From a virus, in the IMG/VR virus record IMGVR_UViG_3300036791_000759, positions 2,414-66,413 of that record: a stretch of 64,000 nt of DNA; one strand, 5' to 3'. Under the pieces are notes generated by a model. It ran no database searches and was not told the origin of the DNA. It was given only the letters and a program-made list of their open reading frames with translations. This document shows positions 1 to 8,433 of the stretch, piece after piece. The position numbers and the translations under genes were made by a program. Each line of letters begins with the position of its first letter. The stretch's first letter is position 1.

Positions 1-1503
1 TACGCCGCGTCTGGTCGATGCGCATCTATCGGCTTGTCCGAACGTTATCGCCGGGGAGGTGAAGAGTGGGAATGGCGTGTGACGGCGCGTCGTAAATCCC
101 TGATCGGGTTTACTCAGGCAAGTCAGCGGGCAACTCGCGCTATCACCAAGGAGCCGAGCCCCGACGGGTTTAAGTACTGCTTCATGGTGCCCAGCACGTT
201 CCTGCTGTTGCGGCGCAATGGTTGCATTTTCGTAACCGGGAATACCGGGAAGACCAGATCGGTGATCTGGGCGGCCGACTGGCTGAAGCGCAGCGCCAAT
301 ATCGGTCCGGTGCTGATCACCGCGCCGCTCTCGACCTTGACCCCGGTATGGGAGGCCGAGCTATTTAAACTACTGCCACGCGGCCGGGTCCAGGTGCTGC
401 ACGGCGACCGCGCCACCCGGCTCGAACGCCTGAAGCAAGATGCTGACTTTTATATCATCAACCACCACGGTCTAAAGCTGATCCAGAAGGAGCTGCTCGC
501 GAAGAAGTTCCGGGTGTTTGTCATCGATGAACTCGCGGTTTTCCGCAACCGGCGCACTGGCCTCTGGAAGGCAGCGGCGGCGATCGTCGCGCAGACCGAG
601 TGGGCCTGGGGCCTGACCGGCTCACCTACCCCCAAGGCGCCGACCGACGCCTGGGCGCAGATCCACATGCTGACCCCGGGCAACACGACGCGGACCTGGG
701 TCAGGTTTCGTGACCTGACCATGCGCCAGATCACCCAGTTCAAGTGGGTACGCCGGTCGGGCGCGCAGGAGCTGATCCACCAGCAGATGCAGCCGAGCGT
801 GCGGTTTGCACTGGAGGACGTGACCGAGCTGCCGCCCACCACCCACCGGCAGATCCCGGTGCCGCTGGAGCCCGAGGCCAAGCGAGCCTACGAGATTATG
901 TTTAATAAGATGCGACTGCTCTACGAGAACCATGAGATCACCGCCGTCAACGAGGGTGTGCTGCAATCCAAGCTTCTCCAGGTGGCGTGTGGGTCGATCT
1001 ACACCGATCGCGATGGCAAGGTTGAGCTGCCGGCGGCCGGGCGGCTCGACGCGTTAAAGGACATCGTCGAGAGCACCTCGCGCAAGGTGATCGTCTTTGT
1101 GCCGTTCATCCATGCGCTGGAGCGCGTGGCCGACTACCTGCGGGACACCGAGGAGGTAGCTGTGGTGCATGGCTCAACCCCCGTCGGGCAGCGCAACAAG
1201 ATTTTCTCGGGGTTTCAGAACGAAGAGAGACCCCGGGTTATCGTCGCGCACCCGGCCTGCATGTCGCATGGCCTGACCCTGACCGCCGCCAACACCATCG
1301 TCTGGTACTGTCCGACAAACAACTTCGAGACCTACGAGCAGGCGAACGCCCGCGTTCGCCGTCCGGGCCAGACCGCAAAAACCTTGATCGCCCACCTGGT
1401 GGGGACGCCGATTGAGCGGCTGTGCTACGCCAGGCTGCAGGACCGGGGGATCTTCCAGGGTGTGTTGCTCGATCTGTTCCACCAGCAGGAACTGGAGTTC
1501 TGA
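1..1503 (+). CDS. 3' part of the intein-containing SNF2-family helicase (full gene 59006-61486)
   Basis: Identical to 59984-61486; intein end FVTGN/TGKT, DELA motif II, LTGSP motif III, QANARVRRPGQ motif VI. Confidence 0.93.
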   Translation, partial: YAASGRCASIGLSERYRRGGEEWEWRVTARRKSLIGFTQASQRATRAITKEPSPDGFKYCFMVPSTFLLLRRNGCIFVTGNTGKTRSVIWAADWLKRSANIGPVLITAPLSTLTPVWEAELFKLLPRGRVQVLHGDRATRLERLKQDADFYIINHHGLKLIQKELLAKKFRVFVIDELAVFRNRRTGLWKAAAAIVAQTEWAWGLTGSPTPKAPTDAWAQIHMLTPGNTTRTWVRFRDLTMRQITQFKWVRRSGAQELIHQQMQPSVRFALEDVTELPPTTHRQIPVPLEPEAKRAYEIMFNKMRLLYENHEITAVNEGVLQSKLLQVACGSIYTDRDGKVELPAAGRLDALKDIVESTSRKVIVFVPFIHALERVADYLRDTEEVAVVHGSTPVGQRNKIFSGFQNEERPRVIVAHPACMSHGLTLTAANTIVWYCPTNNFETYEQANARVRRPGQTAKTLIAHLVGTPIERLCYARLQDRGIFQGVLLDLFHQQELEF

Positions 1504-1505
1504 TC

Positions 1506-1808
1506 ATGACACTACAAGTTGAATGGTTTGATGAGAGACGTGAGCCTCAACACCCGCCTGATCCGCGCTACCCCAATGGGATCGATATCGACACGACGAC
1601 CTTCACACAGATCGATATGAAGAGTGGCGCCGTGATCCCGCATGATGCAGATCGCAAAACGTGTTTTACTTTCTTGCGTCCGTACCCGGCACCGCGCATC
1701 GGCAAATTCCTTGTCAAGTGTGATGTGTGCGGTCAGCTAACGATGGTCACGACCGCTGGGCGACCCGACGATCCGCGCTCCGTGCGCATACCCTGCAAGG
1801 CCAACTAA
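1506..1808 (+). CDS. Hypothetical protein with Cys motifs (possible Zn-binding)
   Basis: ATG at 1506 right after helicase stop; C...CDVC...C residues. Confidence 0.7.
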   Translation: MTLQVEWFDERREPQHPPDPRYPNGIDIDTTTFTQIDMKSGAVIPHDADRKTCFTFLRPYPAPRIGKFLVKCDVCGQLTMVTTAGRPDDPRSVRIPCKAN

Positions 1809-1809
1809 G

Positions 1810-2190
1810 ATGACCCCGGCGAAACTGATCGAGGCGTATCTGCGGTTACGCATGAAAATGAAGGAAATCGAAGAGCACCACAAACAAGAGCTGATACCGT
1901 TCGTCAGCCTCAAGGTCGAGATCGAAACCGCGCTGCTCGCCCATCTTAACGAGGCCGGGACCGACAGCACCAAGTGCAAGGCTGGCACCGCGTACAAGTC
2001 GACCGTCTCCTCGGTGGTGGTGCGCGACTGGCCGGCGACACTCGACTTTATCAAGTCGCGCGAGGAGTGGGATCTGTTGGAAGCACGCGTCGGCAAGACC
2101 TATGCGCTTGATTTGATGGGTCAGCGCGGCGAGCCGATCCCCGGTGTCGAGGTGAGCCAGGCGACGGTCTTGCGGGTCCGTTCGACATAG
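1810..2190 (+). CDS. Conserved phage replication-module hypothetical protein
   Basis: 126 aa, N-terminal coiled coil, tightly packed in the operon between helicase and SSB-like gene. Confidence 0.8.
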   Translation: MTPAKLIEAYLRLRMKMKEIEEHHKQELIPFVSLKVEIETALLAHLNEAGTDSTKCKAGTAYKSTVSSVVVRDWPATLDFIKSREEWDLLEARVGKTYALDLMGQRGEPIPGVEVSQATVLRVRST

Positions 2191-2226
2191 GTCATTCTAT
2201 AGACCCTATAAATATGGAGATCCCCA

Positions 2227-3315
2227 ATGGCAGGTCAGTTGATCCCCCTTGACCGCCCGCCGCCTGCGCTCCGCAACCGCCGCTCCAACCTCCTCGCCGC
2301 CGCCAAGGCCGGTGTCCAGGGTGGCTTTGCCGTGGTCGGTTACAAAGGCCGCGCTTGGAAGCTGCGCTACCGTAGCGCCGACACGCTGCTGCGTGACGAT
2401 CGCGGGGCACCGATGCCCAACCTGGAGGTGGTCATCGTCGGGGTCGCCGAGGGGATATCCAAGCAGTACTACGAGAAGAACTATTCCGAGGGTGATGACA
2501 GCGCACCCGACTGCTGGTCGCTCGATGGGGTCAAGCCGGATGCCAGCGTGACTCGCAAGCAGAACGATCTCTGCGGCAACTGCCGCCACAATGCGTGGGG
2601 ATCGAAGATCACCGAGGGCGGCAAGCGTGCCAAGGCGTGCCAGGATACCCGGCGTCTCGCCATCGTCCCGTCGGGTGACATCGAGAACGAATCCTTTGGC
2701 GGTCCGATGATGCTGCGCCTCCCGCCGATGAGCCTCAACAACCTTGCCAACTATGCAGATCTGCTACAGCGCAAGGACGCATCCTTTGAGGTTGTCGCGA
2801 CACGGCTAGGATTTGACTATGACGTGGCGTACCCCCGGATCACCTTTGAGGCAATGGGCTGGCTCTCACCCGAGCAGCTTGCTCTGGTCCTCGGTCCCGA
2901 TGGTAACGGCGGTGTCTGCGCCGATCCGTTGATCGAGCGCATGCTGGGTGCTACGCCGGTAGCCGATCCTGACGAAGAGGCAGAGCCGGCACCGGCACCA
3001 AAATCCACACCAAAGAAGCGCGCTGCCGCGACACCGGAGCCACCGCCCGAGCAGCCGGGCGAAGAAGAGAGCGAAGAGACCGAGGTCGAAGAGGGCGAAG
3101 CCGACGATCTCGGCAACACGCCTCCGCCTCCGCCGCCACCGCCTCCTGCGGCCGCGCCAAAGAACCCGTTTGCCGCCGCGACCGCGAAGGCCGCGCCGGC
3201 CGCGCCAAAGCGCGGGCGTCCGCGTGCGAGCGGCGCTACCAACGGAGCCGCTGCTCAGCCGCAGCCCGCGCCGTCAAACATGGAAAGCGCGATCCACAAT
3301 CTGCTTGATGCCTAG
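2227..3315 (+). CDS. Putative single-stranded DNA-binding/annealing protein with acidic Pro-rich tail
   Basis: GGAG RBS; PDCWS..G..P and CxxCxxNAWGS motifs typical of phage SSB-like proteins beside Pol A/SNF2 genes; acidic low-complexity C-terminus. Confidence 0.65.
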   Translation: MAGQLIPLDRPPPALRNRRSNLLAAAKAGVQGGFAVVGYKGRAWKLRYRSADTLLRDDRGAPMPNLEVVIVGVAEGISKQYYEKNYSEGDDSAPDCWSLDGVKPDASVTRKQNDLCGNCRHNAWGSKITEGGKRAKACQDTRRLAIVPSGDIENESFGGPMMLRLPPMSLNNLANYADLLQRKDASFEVVATRLGFDYDVAYPRITFEAMGWLSPEQLALVLGPDGNGGVCADPLIERMLGATPVADPDEEAEPAPAPKSTPKKRAAATPEPPPEQPGEEESEETEVEEGEADDLGNTPPPPPPPPPAAAPKNPFAAATAKAAPAAPKRGRPRASGATNGAAAQPQPAPSNMESAIHNLLDA

Positions 3316-3323
3316 TTAAACTC

Positions 3324-3366
3324 AGGGGGTGCGACCGGGTCCAAACCGCGCCCCCTCTTTTTCTTT
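3324..3366 (+). terminator. Rho-independent terminator after SSB-like gene
   Basis: AGGGGG...CCCCCT stem followed by CTTTTTCTTT. Confidence 0.6.
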
Positions 3367-3380
3367 AGGCGGCGCGTGAG

Positions 3381-6299
3381 ATGCTCGATGCAGAAGAGTA
3401 TTTAAACCGCGTCATACCCGCCGGAAACTTCCTCTGCTTTGCCTACAAAGATCCAGCCTGGAAGTTTATGGCGCATCGGTTCTGGCCCCGCGATCAGGTC
3501 GCGGCGGCGGTCAGCTGGATGCGCTACCTCAGTCACAAGCTCGATGTCTGGATCGCTGTCGCGAGCTACCGGGAAGCACGACCCGACGGTACTGACCGCA
3601 TCAAGGTGCCAAAGTTTAAGGGGAGGCGCACGGCTGACAACGCGGCGGCGATCCAGTGTTTCTTTTACGACGCCGACATTAAGCGTGAGGGTGACGGCAA
3701 GCCCCCTGAGAAAGCCTATGCCGACGATGCCGAGCTGACCCTATGGCTCAAGAAGCTGCGCGACGAACACCAGGTGCCACTGCCCAATCTGTGGGTCCGC
3801 AGCGGTTACGGTGTGCATCTTTACTGGGTGATGGACAAGGCGCTGGAACGTGACCGCTGGGCACCCTACGCAGAGGCGTTCAAGCAGCTCCTGGTGCGGT
3901 CGGGCGCCAAGGGGGACATCGGGGTCAGCGGCGACATCGCGCGCATCCTGCGCACACCGGAGAGCTGGAACCACAAGGTGCCGGAGAACCCGGCCCAGTG
4001 CTACGACATGACCCCCGAGCAGCTAAACCTACCGGCGTTCTACCCGACGCAGGATATGCTGCAGCTACTCGATAACTACCGTAGCAACACTAAAAGCGAG
4101 GGGTTGAATGGCGCGGCGCCACCACGTGCCACTCCGCGCCTTGACTTATTGAACGCAGCCAGGGCCGGGCTCGAACGCAGCCCGCACGACATGGCGCGGA
4201 TCGCCGCGCACTGCCCCCAGGTCTGGCGCAGCCACGAGGAGCATGGCGCGGGTGATGGCCGCGAGCTGTGGCACCTGATGGTCAACCTGGCCTACGCCTG
4301 TCGCGACCGCGAGTGGGCCCACCGGCTGGGCGATGCGCACAAGACCTATTCGCGCGGGGACACCGACGCCAAGTACGACCAGACAGAGGCGGAGCACACC
4401 AAGAAGGATTTTGGGGCACCGTTCTGTACCAGCTTTAACACGGCGCGGACGGGGATCTGCACCACCTGCCCGCACTGGGGTCAGATCGACACCCCGTACT
4501 CGCTGGGGATCGAGACTGATGACACCGGGTTGCCGCCAGGTTACCGCCGGCACGACGGGTGGATCGAGGTCGAGGTCGAGCGCAAGGATGAAGGCACATT
4601 CTGGCAGCGGCTGATCCGTGGGGATGTCGGTGCGCCGCTGCTGCTGGCGCTGTCCGATGGAGCCTATCGGCTGCAGTTCGACTACACCCGCGCGGACCGG
4701 ACGAGCCGCGTCGTCGTCGACGAATCAGAGTTATCGCCCAAGGCCGACACCTTGATGCGATTTTTTGCGAAATGCGGCGTGTCTCTCAATCGAAGCAATG
4801 CTTCGGCATGGGGCGATTTTATGAAATCTTGGATCGAACACCTGCGCGACCAGTGCGCCGCGCAGGAAGCACCGCCATCGTTTGGCTGGATGCTCGATAC
4901 AGAAGAAGACGGTTATGCCGGCCTGGCCATCGGGGGCATTTTCTACGCCACCGACGGCACAACAAAGCCTGCCTTGCTGGGTGACCCAAAGATTCACCAG
5001 AGCTACGTCCCGCGCGGCACGCTGGCAGGATGGCAGGATGTCGCCAGCTTTGTCCTCGACGAGCGCCCCGAGCTGCAGGTCATCGTCGGCGCGGCGTTTG
5101 CCGCGCCGATCATGGAGTTTACCGGGGTCTCTGGGTGCATGAGTGTGTGGTCAAGACGGTCGGGAGCGCGCAAGTCGAGCGCCTTTGCGGTAGGCACCTC
5201 GGTGTGGTGCAACCCGCGCACCGGGATGTCGGCGCTGCGCGACACAACCAACGCGGTCCAGCACTCGCTCGCCGAGACCAAGTTTATGCCGGTCTACTGG
5301 GATGAGATCCACACCATCTCAAAGGATCACCTGGCCCAGATGATCGAGAATTTTTTTAACATCACGCAGGGCCGGGGCCGCGCCAGACTGGACTCGCGCA
5401 TTCAGGCCCGTGAGGTCGGGCAGTGGCGCACGCTCTTTCTCACCAGTTCCAACCGGCCGCTGGCTGAGCTGATCGAGCGCGACAGGGTAATGACCGACGC
5501 CGGCAGCGTGCGGGTGTTCGAGTATCAGATCGAGCCGCAGGGATTTGCCGTCGCCCATGCTGGCACGATCGTCCAGGGTGTCGAGCGGCACTATGGGCAG
5601 GTCGGCCGGGTCTATGCCGCCTGGGTCGCGCAGCACTGGCAAACGGTGCGTGATGCGATCCTCGGTACGATCCAGAGCATTGACCAAGATTGCGGCGGGG
5701 TTGAGCCGTCCGAGCGGTTCTATGTTGCTACGGTAGCAGCAATTATTGTTGGCACCGGCGTCGCTAAGAAGCTCAAGCTCTATGACTTTGATGTTCAAGG
5801 GATCTATCAGCTCCTGATCAATAAGCTCCTGGAGCAGCGCCGAGCACGCATCGAAGCAACCCCGTTGGATGATCGCGAGCAACTTGCCTTGACTTTTAAT
5901 CGCTTTTGTGAGGACAACACCGGGGCGCTGCTCGTCACCCAGGCTTTTGCCAAACCGGGCCCGAGAACAGCGACAACGATCAACGGCGAGAAGTTTATCC
6001 TGCATCAGCCACTGCCCAACGTCGCGGCGGCGATGATCCACATCGGGCTCGACGACACCGAGGTGCGCTTTAACCGCACGGCGTTTGAGAAGTGGTGCTT
6101 TGACCACCACATCCCCGCCAAGCCAATGCTCTCGCTCATGTATAAATGCTGGGGAGCCGTCGAGACCAGGGCGGAGATCGCACGCGGGACCAACTACACG
6201 ACGGGCAGTATTGTTTACCGTGTGTGTATCTCGCTTACTCAGCCGGAACTACAGCATCATTTATCAATGTGGGGGAAACCAAATGGTGGTGCCCCATGA
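3381..6299 (+). CDS. Primase-helicase (RepB/AEP-like primase, Cys-rich domain, DUF927-like helicase)
   Basis: SGYGVHLYW and DIARILRTP primase motifs; C..H..CxxC cluster; P-loop-like SGARKS, Walker B VYWDE, LTSSN sensor. Confidence 0.85.
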   Translation: MLDAEEYLNRVIPAGNFLCFAYKDPAWKFMAHRFWPRDQVAAAVSWMRYLSHKLDVWIAVASYREARPDGTDRIKVPKFKGRRTADNAAAIQCFFYDADIKREGDGKPPEKAYADDAELTLWLKKLRDEHQVPLPNLWVRSGYGVHLYWVMDKALERDRWAPYAEAFKQLLVRSGAKGDIGVSGDIARILRTPESWNHKVPENPAQCYDMTPEQLNLPAFYPTQDMLQLLDNYRSNTKSEGLNGAAPPRATPRLDLLNAARAGLERSPHDMARIAAHCPQVWRSHEEHGAGDGRELWHLMVNLAYACRDREWAHRLGDAHKTYSRGDTDAKYDQTEAEHTKKDFGAPFCTSFNTARTGICTTCPHWGQIDTPYSLGIETDDTGLPPGYRRHDGWIEVEVERKDEGTFWQRLIRGDVGAPLLLALSDGAYRLQFDYTRADRTSRVVVDESELSPKADTLMRFFAKCGVSLNRSNASAWGDFMKSWIEHLRDQCAAQEAPPSFGWMLDTEEDGYAGLAIGGIFYATDGTTKPALLGDPKIHQSYVPRGTLAGWQDVASFVLDERPELQVIVGAAFAAPIMEFTGVSGCMSVWSRRSGARKSSAFAVGTSVWCNPRTGMSALRDTTNAVQHSLAETKFMPVYWDEIHTISKDHLAQMIENFFNITQGRGRARLDSRIQAREVGQWRTLFLTSSNRPLAELIERDRVMTDAGSVRVFEYQIEPQGFAVAHAGTIVQGVERHYGQVGRVYAAWVAQHWQTVRDAILGTIQSIDQDCGGVEPSERFYVATVAAIIVGTGVAKKLKLYDFDVQGIYQLLINKLLEQRRARIEATPLDDREQLALTFNRFCEDNTGALLVTQAFAKPGPRTATTINGEKFILHQPLPNVAAAMIHIGLDDTEVRFNRTAFEKWCFDHHIPAKPMLSLMYKCWGAVETRAEIARGTNYTTGSIVYRVCISLTQPELQHHLSMWGKPNGGAP

Positions 6300-6694
6300 C
6301 TACTGAGATCCTCACCCTAAACGAAGTCGCAACAAAATATAAATTCAGCGAGCGTTGGGTCCGCGACTTCATCCGCGCTCGCAACATCCCTGTGCTGCGA
6401 AGCAAAAACTTTATCCGCTTTGATCAGCACGCCATCAACCGCTTTGAAGAGGAGCTGCGTACCCCATGTCGCACCTTAAAGTTAGAGAACGAGCCGATCG
6501 CCCCGGCACCTTCCAGATCACGGGAACGGTCCCAGGGTATGACCGCCTACGACAGACTGCTAAATCGACCACCAAGAAACTCGCCAACGAAGAAGCCGCC
6601 ATCCTCGAAGCCCGCATGCTCCGAGAAGCCTTCCACGGCAAGCCCAACGGTCGTGCCGATCGCTGGTTTGCCGAGATTGCCGAAGCTTACTTGA
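6296..6694 (+). CDS. xis: Excisionase-like HTH protein with long tail overlapping the integrase
   Basis: ATGA overlap with primase stop; LTLNEVA..YKFSERWVRDFI..IRFD is a MerR/HTH_17-like excisionase pattern; directly upstream of int. Confidence 0.7.
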   Translation: MTTEILTLNEVATKYKFSERWVRDFIRARNIPVLRSKNFIRFDQHAINRFEEELRTPCRTLKLENEPIAPAPSRSRERSQGMTAYDRLLNRPPRNSPTKKPPSSKPACSEKPSTASPTVVPIAGLPRLPKLT

Positions 6695-7578
6695 ACTTTG
6701 AAGATCGCCACCCGGCGCAGGAAGCACGGGTCGTGGCGGTCAGCAAGGCGCTAGGTGACATCAAAGCAAGTGCGGTGACCCAGGATGTCGTAGACGGGTT
6801 GCGCGCGACGATGTTCAAGCGAACCAGCAAGCCGGCACGTAACAGCATCAAAGCATTTATCGTGATGCCGATTAGCGTCGTCTTGAACTTTGGCTGGCGG
6901 CGTGGTTGGTGCAACAAGGTCGGGTTTGAGCTGCCAAAAGAGAGCGCCGAAGAGAAGGAATCTAAACGCCCGAAAGTCCTCCTGCCAGTCGAGGCATGGG
7001 CACTCGTCGACGCCGCCGTACCACATTTGCAGCCGATCCTCATGACCATGTTTGGGATTGGCTCGCGGGTCGCTGAGACGCTCAACATTGATTGGAAGAA
7101 TGTCGACCTGATGGCAGGGAGGGTATCTTATATCCAGAAGGGTGGGCGTTGGCGCCACGGCGTTTTGTTGCCGCCCGCCGTCGTTACCGCGCTGGCTAAT
7201 CTGCCCGGTCCCCGAGAAGGCAAAGTCTTTCTCAACACGCGCGGCCGGGGTACGCGCGGGCGCCATGCGTATAAGCCGCGCCTAACCGGCGGCCAGATCA
7301 GAAGCGGGTTTATCGGGGCACTAAAGCGAGCTGGTCTTTCCGGTCGGGATATCACCCCGCATGACTGCCGCCATAGCTATGCGAGCTGGCACATGGCGAT
7401 CTGGAAGAACCCACTCAAGCTAAAGGTTGATGGTGGATGGGACAGCACCGCGACGCTGGAAATTTATATGCACCTCATTCCCGAGGGGCACGAAGCCGAG
7501 ATCCTCAAATTTTGGGGCTATCGTGTCGATGACACCAAACTGGCACCAAGCATCCGGGAGATACTATTAAGTGCTTGA
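6466..7578 (+). CDS. int: Tyrosine integrase
   Basis: Catalytic residues R (GSRVAE), K (QKGG), HxxR (HDCRH), W (GGW), Y (LEIY). Confidence 0.93.
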   Translation: MSHLKVRERADRPGTFQITGTVPGYDRLRQTAKSTTKKLANEEAAILEARMLREAFHGKPNGRADRWFAEIAEAYLNFEDRHPAQEARVVAVSKALGDIKASAVTQDVVDGLRATMFKRTSKPARNSIKAFIVMPISVVLNFGWRRGWCNKVGFELPKESAEEKESKRPKVLLPVEAWALVDAAVPHLQPILMTMFGIGSRVAETLNIDWKNVDLMAGRVSYIQKGGRWRHGVLLPPAVVTALANLPGPREGKVFLNTRGRGTRGRHAYKPRLTGGQIRSGFIGALKRAGLSGRDITPHDCRHSYASWHMAIWKNPLKLKVDGGWDSTATLEIYMHLIPEGHEAEILKFWGYRVDDTKLAPSIREILLSA

Positions 7579-7761
7579 TTATACAATAGTAAATCAGACC
7601 TACCAACTTATCCTCCCGGTTTGGTAGTCGGCCAGGAGAAATGCCAGGGTTTCGTAGCCTTTGCAATAGTTTATTAGTAAGCAAGGGCTACGAACACCCA
7701 CCCAGAAAACCCCTAAAAAGCGTGAACAAACCGTGTCTTTCTACACCAGGCTGGCACCAGG
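7532..7761. other. Putative attP region
   Basis: AT-rich non-coding stretch downstream of int, flanked by direct repeats ACACCAAACTGGCACCA (7532) and ACACCAGGCTGGCACCA (7743); 14-bp-arm inverted repeat at 7651-7694. Confidence 0.55.
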
Positions 7762-7864
7762 TGTTCGCGCTGTGTACTCATGGTTGAATTTATAGGACTT
7801 ATATACACGCTAAGCAGTCCCCTTGATCTCCGGCTTCCCCTCGAACCGCGCGATCATCTCGGAG

Positions 7865-8062
7865 TCATTGGGGGGGCCGCGCCGGCTTTGGAATGCCGAA
7901 GGCTTCGCGGAACACGTCCCCCAGCCGCTTGAAGTCATAGATAGAGAGACGGCGTTTCAGATCGTCGGGCAGCCGAGCGTAGTAGCGATCCCAGCCCCCA
8001 GTGAGGCGCAAGGCTTCGCGCTCCTCCGCAGTCTCGGGAATGTCTAGTTCGATCTCTTTCAT
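7865..8062 (-). CDS. Hypothetical protein (MKEIELDIPE...)
   Basis: GAGGA RBS; ATG overlaps upstream stop codon. Confidence 0.65.
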   Translation of the reverse strand: MKEIELDIPETAEEREALRLTGGWDRYYARLPDDLKRRLSIYDFKRLGDVFREAFGIPKPARPPQ

Positions 8063-8208
8063 CAGAGGATCCTCAAGGTGTGGAGAACCAGAAACCAGAG
8101 CAGGAGCGAAAACACAAAGGCCCCGAGCAGACCCCATCTGCGGTGGGGCCTGTGCTCATGGTTGTTGTCTTCGTTGACGCTAGCCAGGTGGAGGGCGAGG
8201 CGGCTCAT
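8062..8208 (-). CDS. Small single-pass membrane protein, 48 aa (not in ORF track)
   Basis: AGGAGG RBS; MSRLALHLASVNEDNNHEHRPHRRWGLLGAFVFSLLLWFLVLHTLRIL. Confidence 0.6.
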   Translation of the reverse strand: MSRLALHLASVNEDNNHEHRPHRRWGLLGAFVFSLLLWFLVLHTLRIL

Positions 8209-8248
8209 GTGGATCCTCCTAGTGTAGGAGAACTATATTATAGGTCCA

Positions 8249-8433
8249 CTAGAATGACCGCAATGCAGAGCGTCGCCGGCGCCCAAAGAAGTTGTGGATC
8301 GATGGGCGCAGCTCGGCTTCGAGCATGCGCTCCCGCAGCTCGTCGCAATAGCGCCGCTCCTCCTCGATCTCCTCCTCGGTGAGGTCGTAGTAAGCCACCT
8401 CGGGAGGGCGGTTGCTACCGTAGCTACTGGGCA
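8249..8433 (-). CDS. Hypothetical charged protein (start uncertain)
   Basis: Open frame YYDLTEEEIEEERRY fills the gap downstream of the giant virion gene. Confidence 0.4.

Larger units (their letters stand above)
1..4017. repeat. Window wrap-around: same sequence as 59984-64000 (unit genome 59,983 bp)
   Basis: tacgccgcgtctggtcg at 1 recurs at 59984; ORFs repeat with a constant 59,983 offset (e.g. 2227 and 62210). Confidence 0.97.

Noticed and set aside
34-1503. 489-aa ORF as an independent gene
   Set aside because: It is the truncated 3' part of the helicase gene seen complete at 59006-61486.
7595-7640. tRNA gene or fragment at the att region
   Set aside because: The - strand reads ...GCCGACTACCA, but I cannot see a T-arm or cloverleaf; no tRNA is supportable here or elsewhere by eye.
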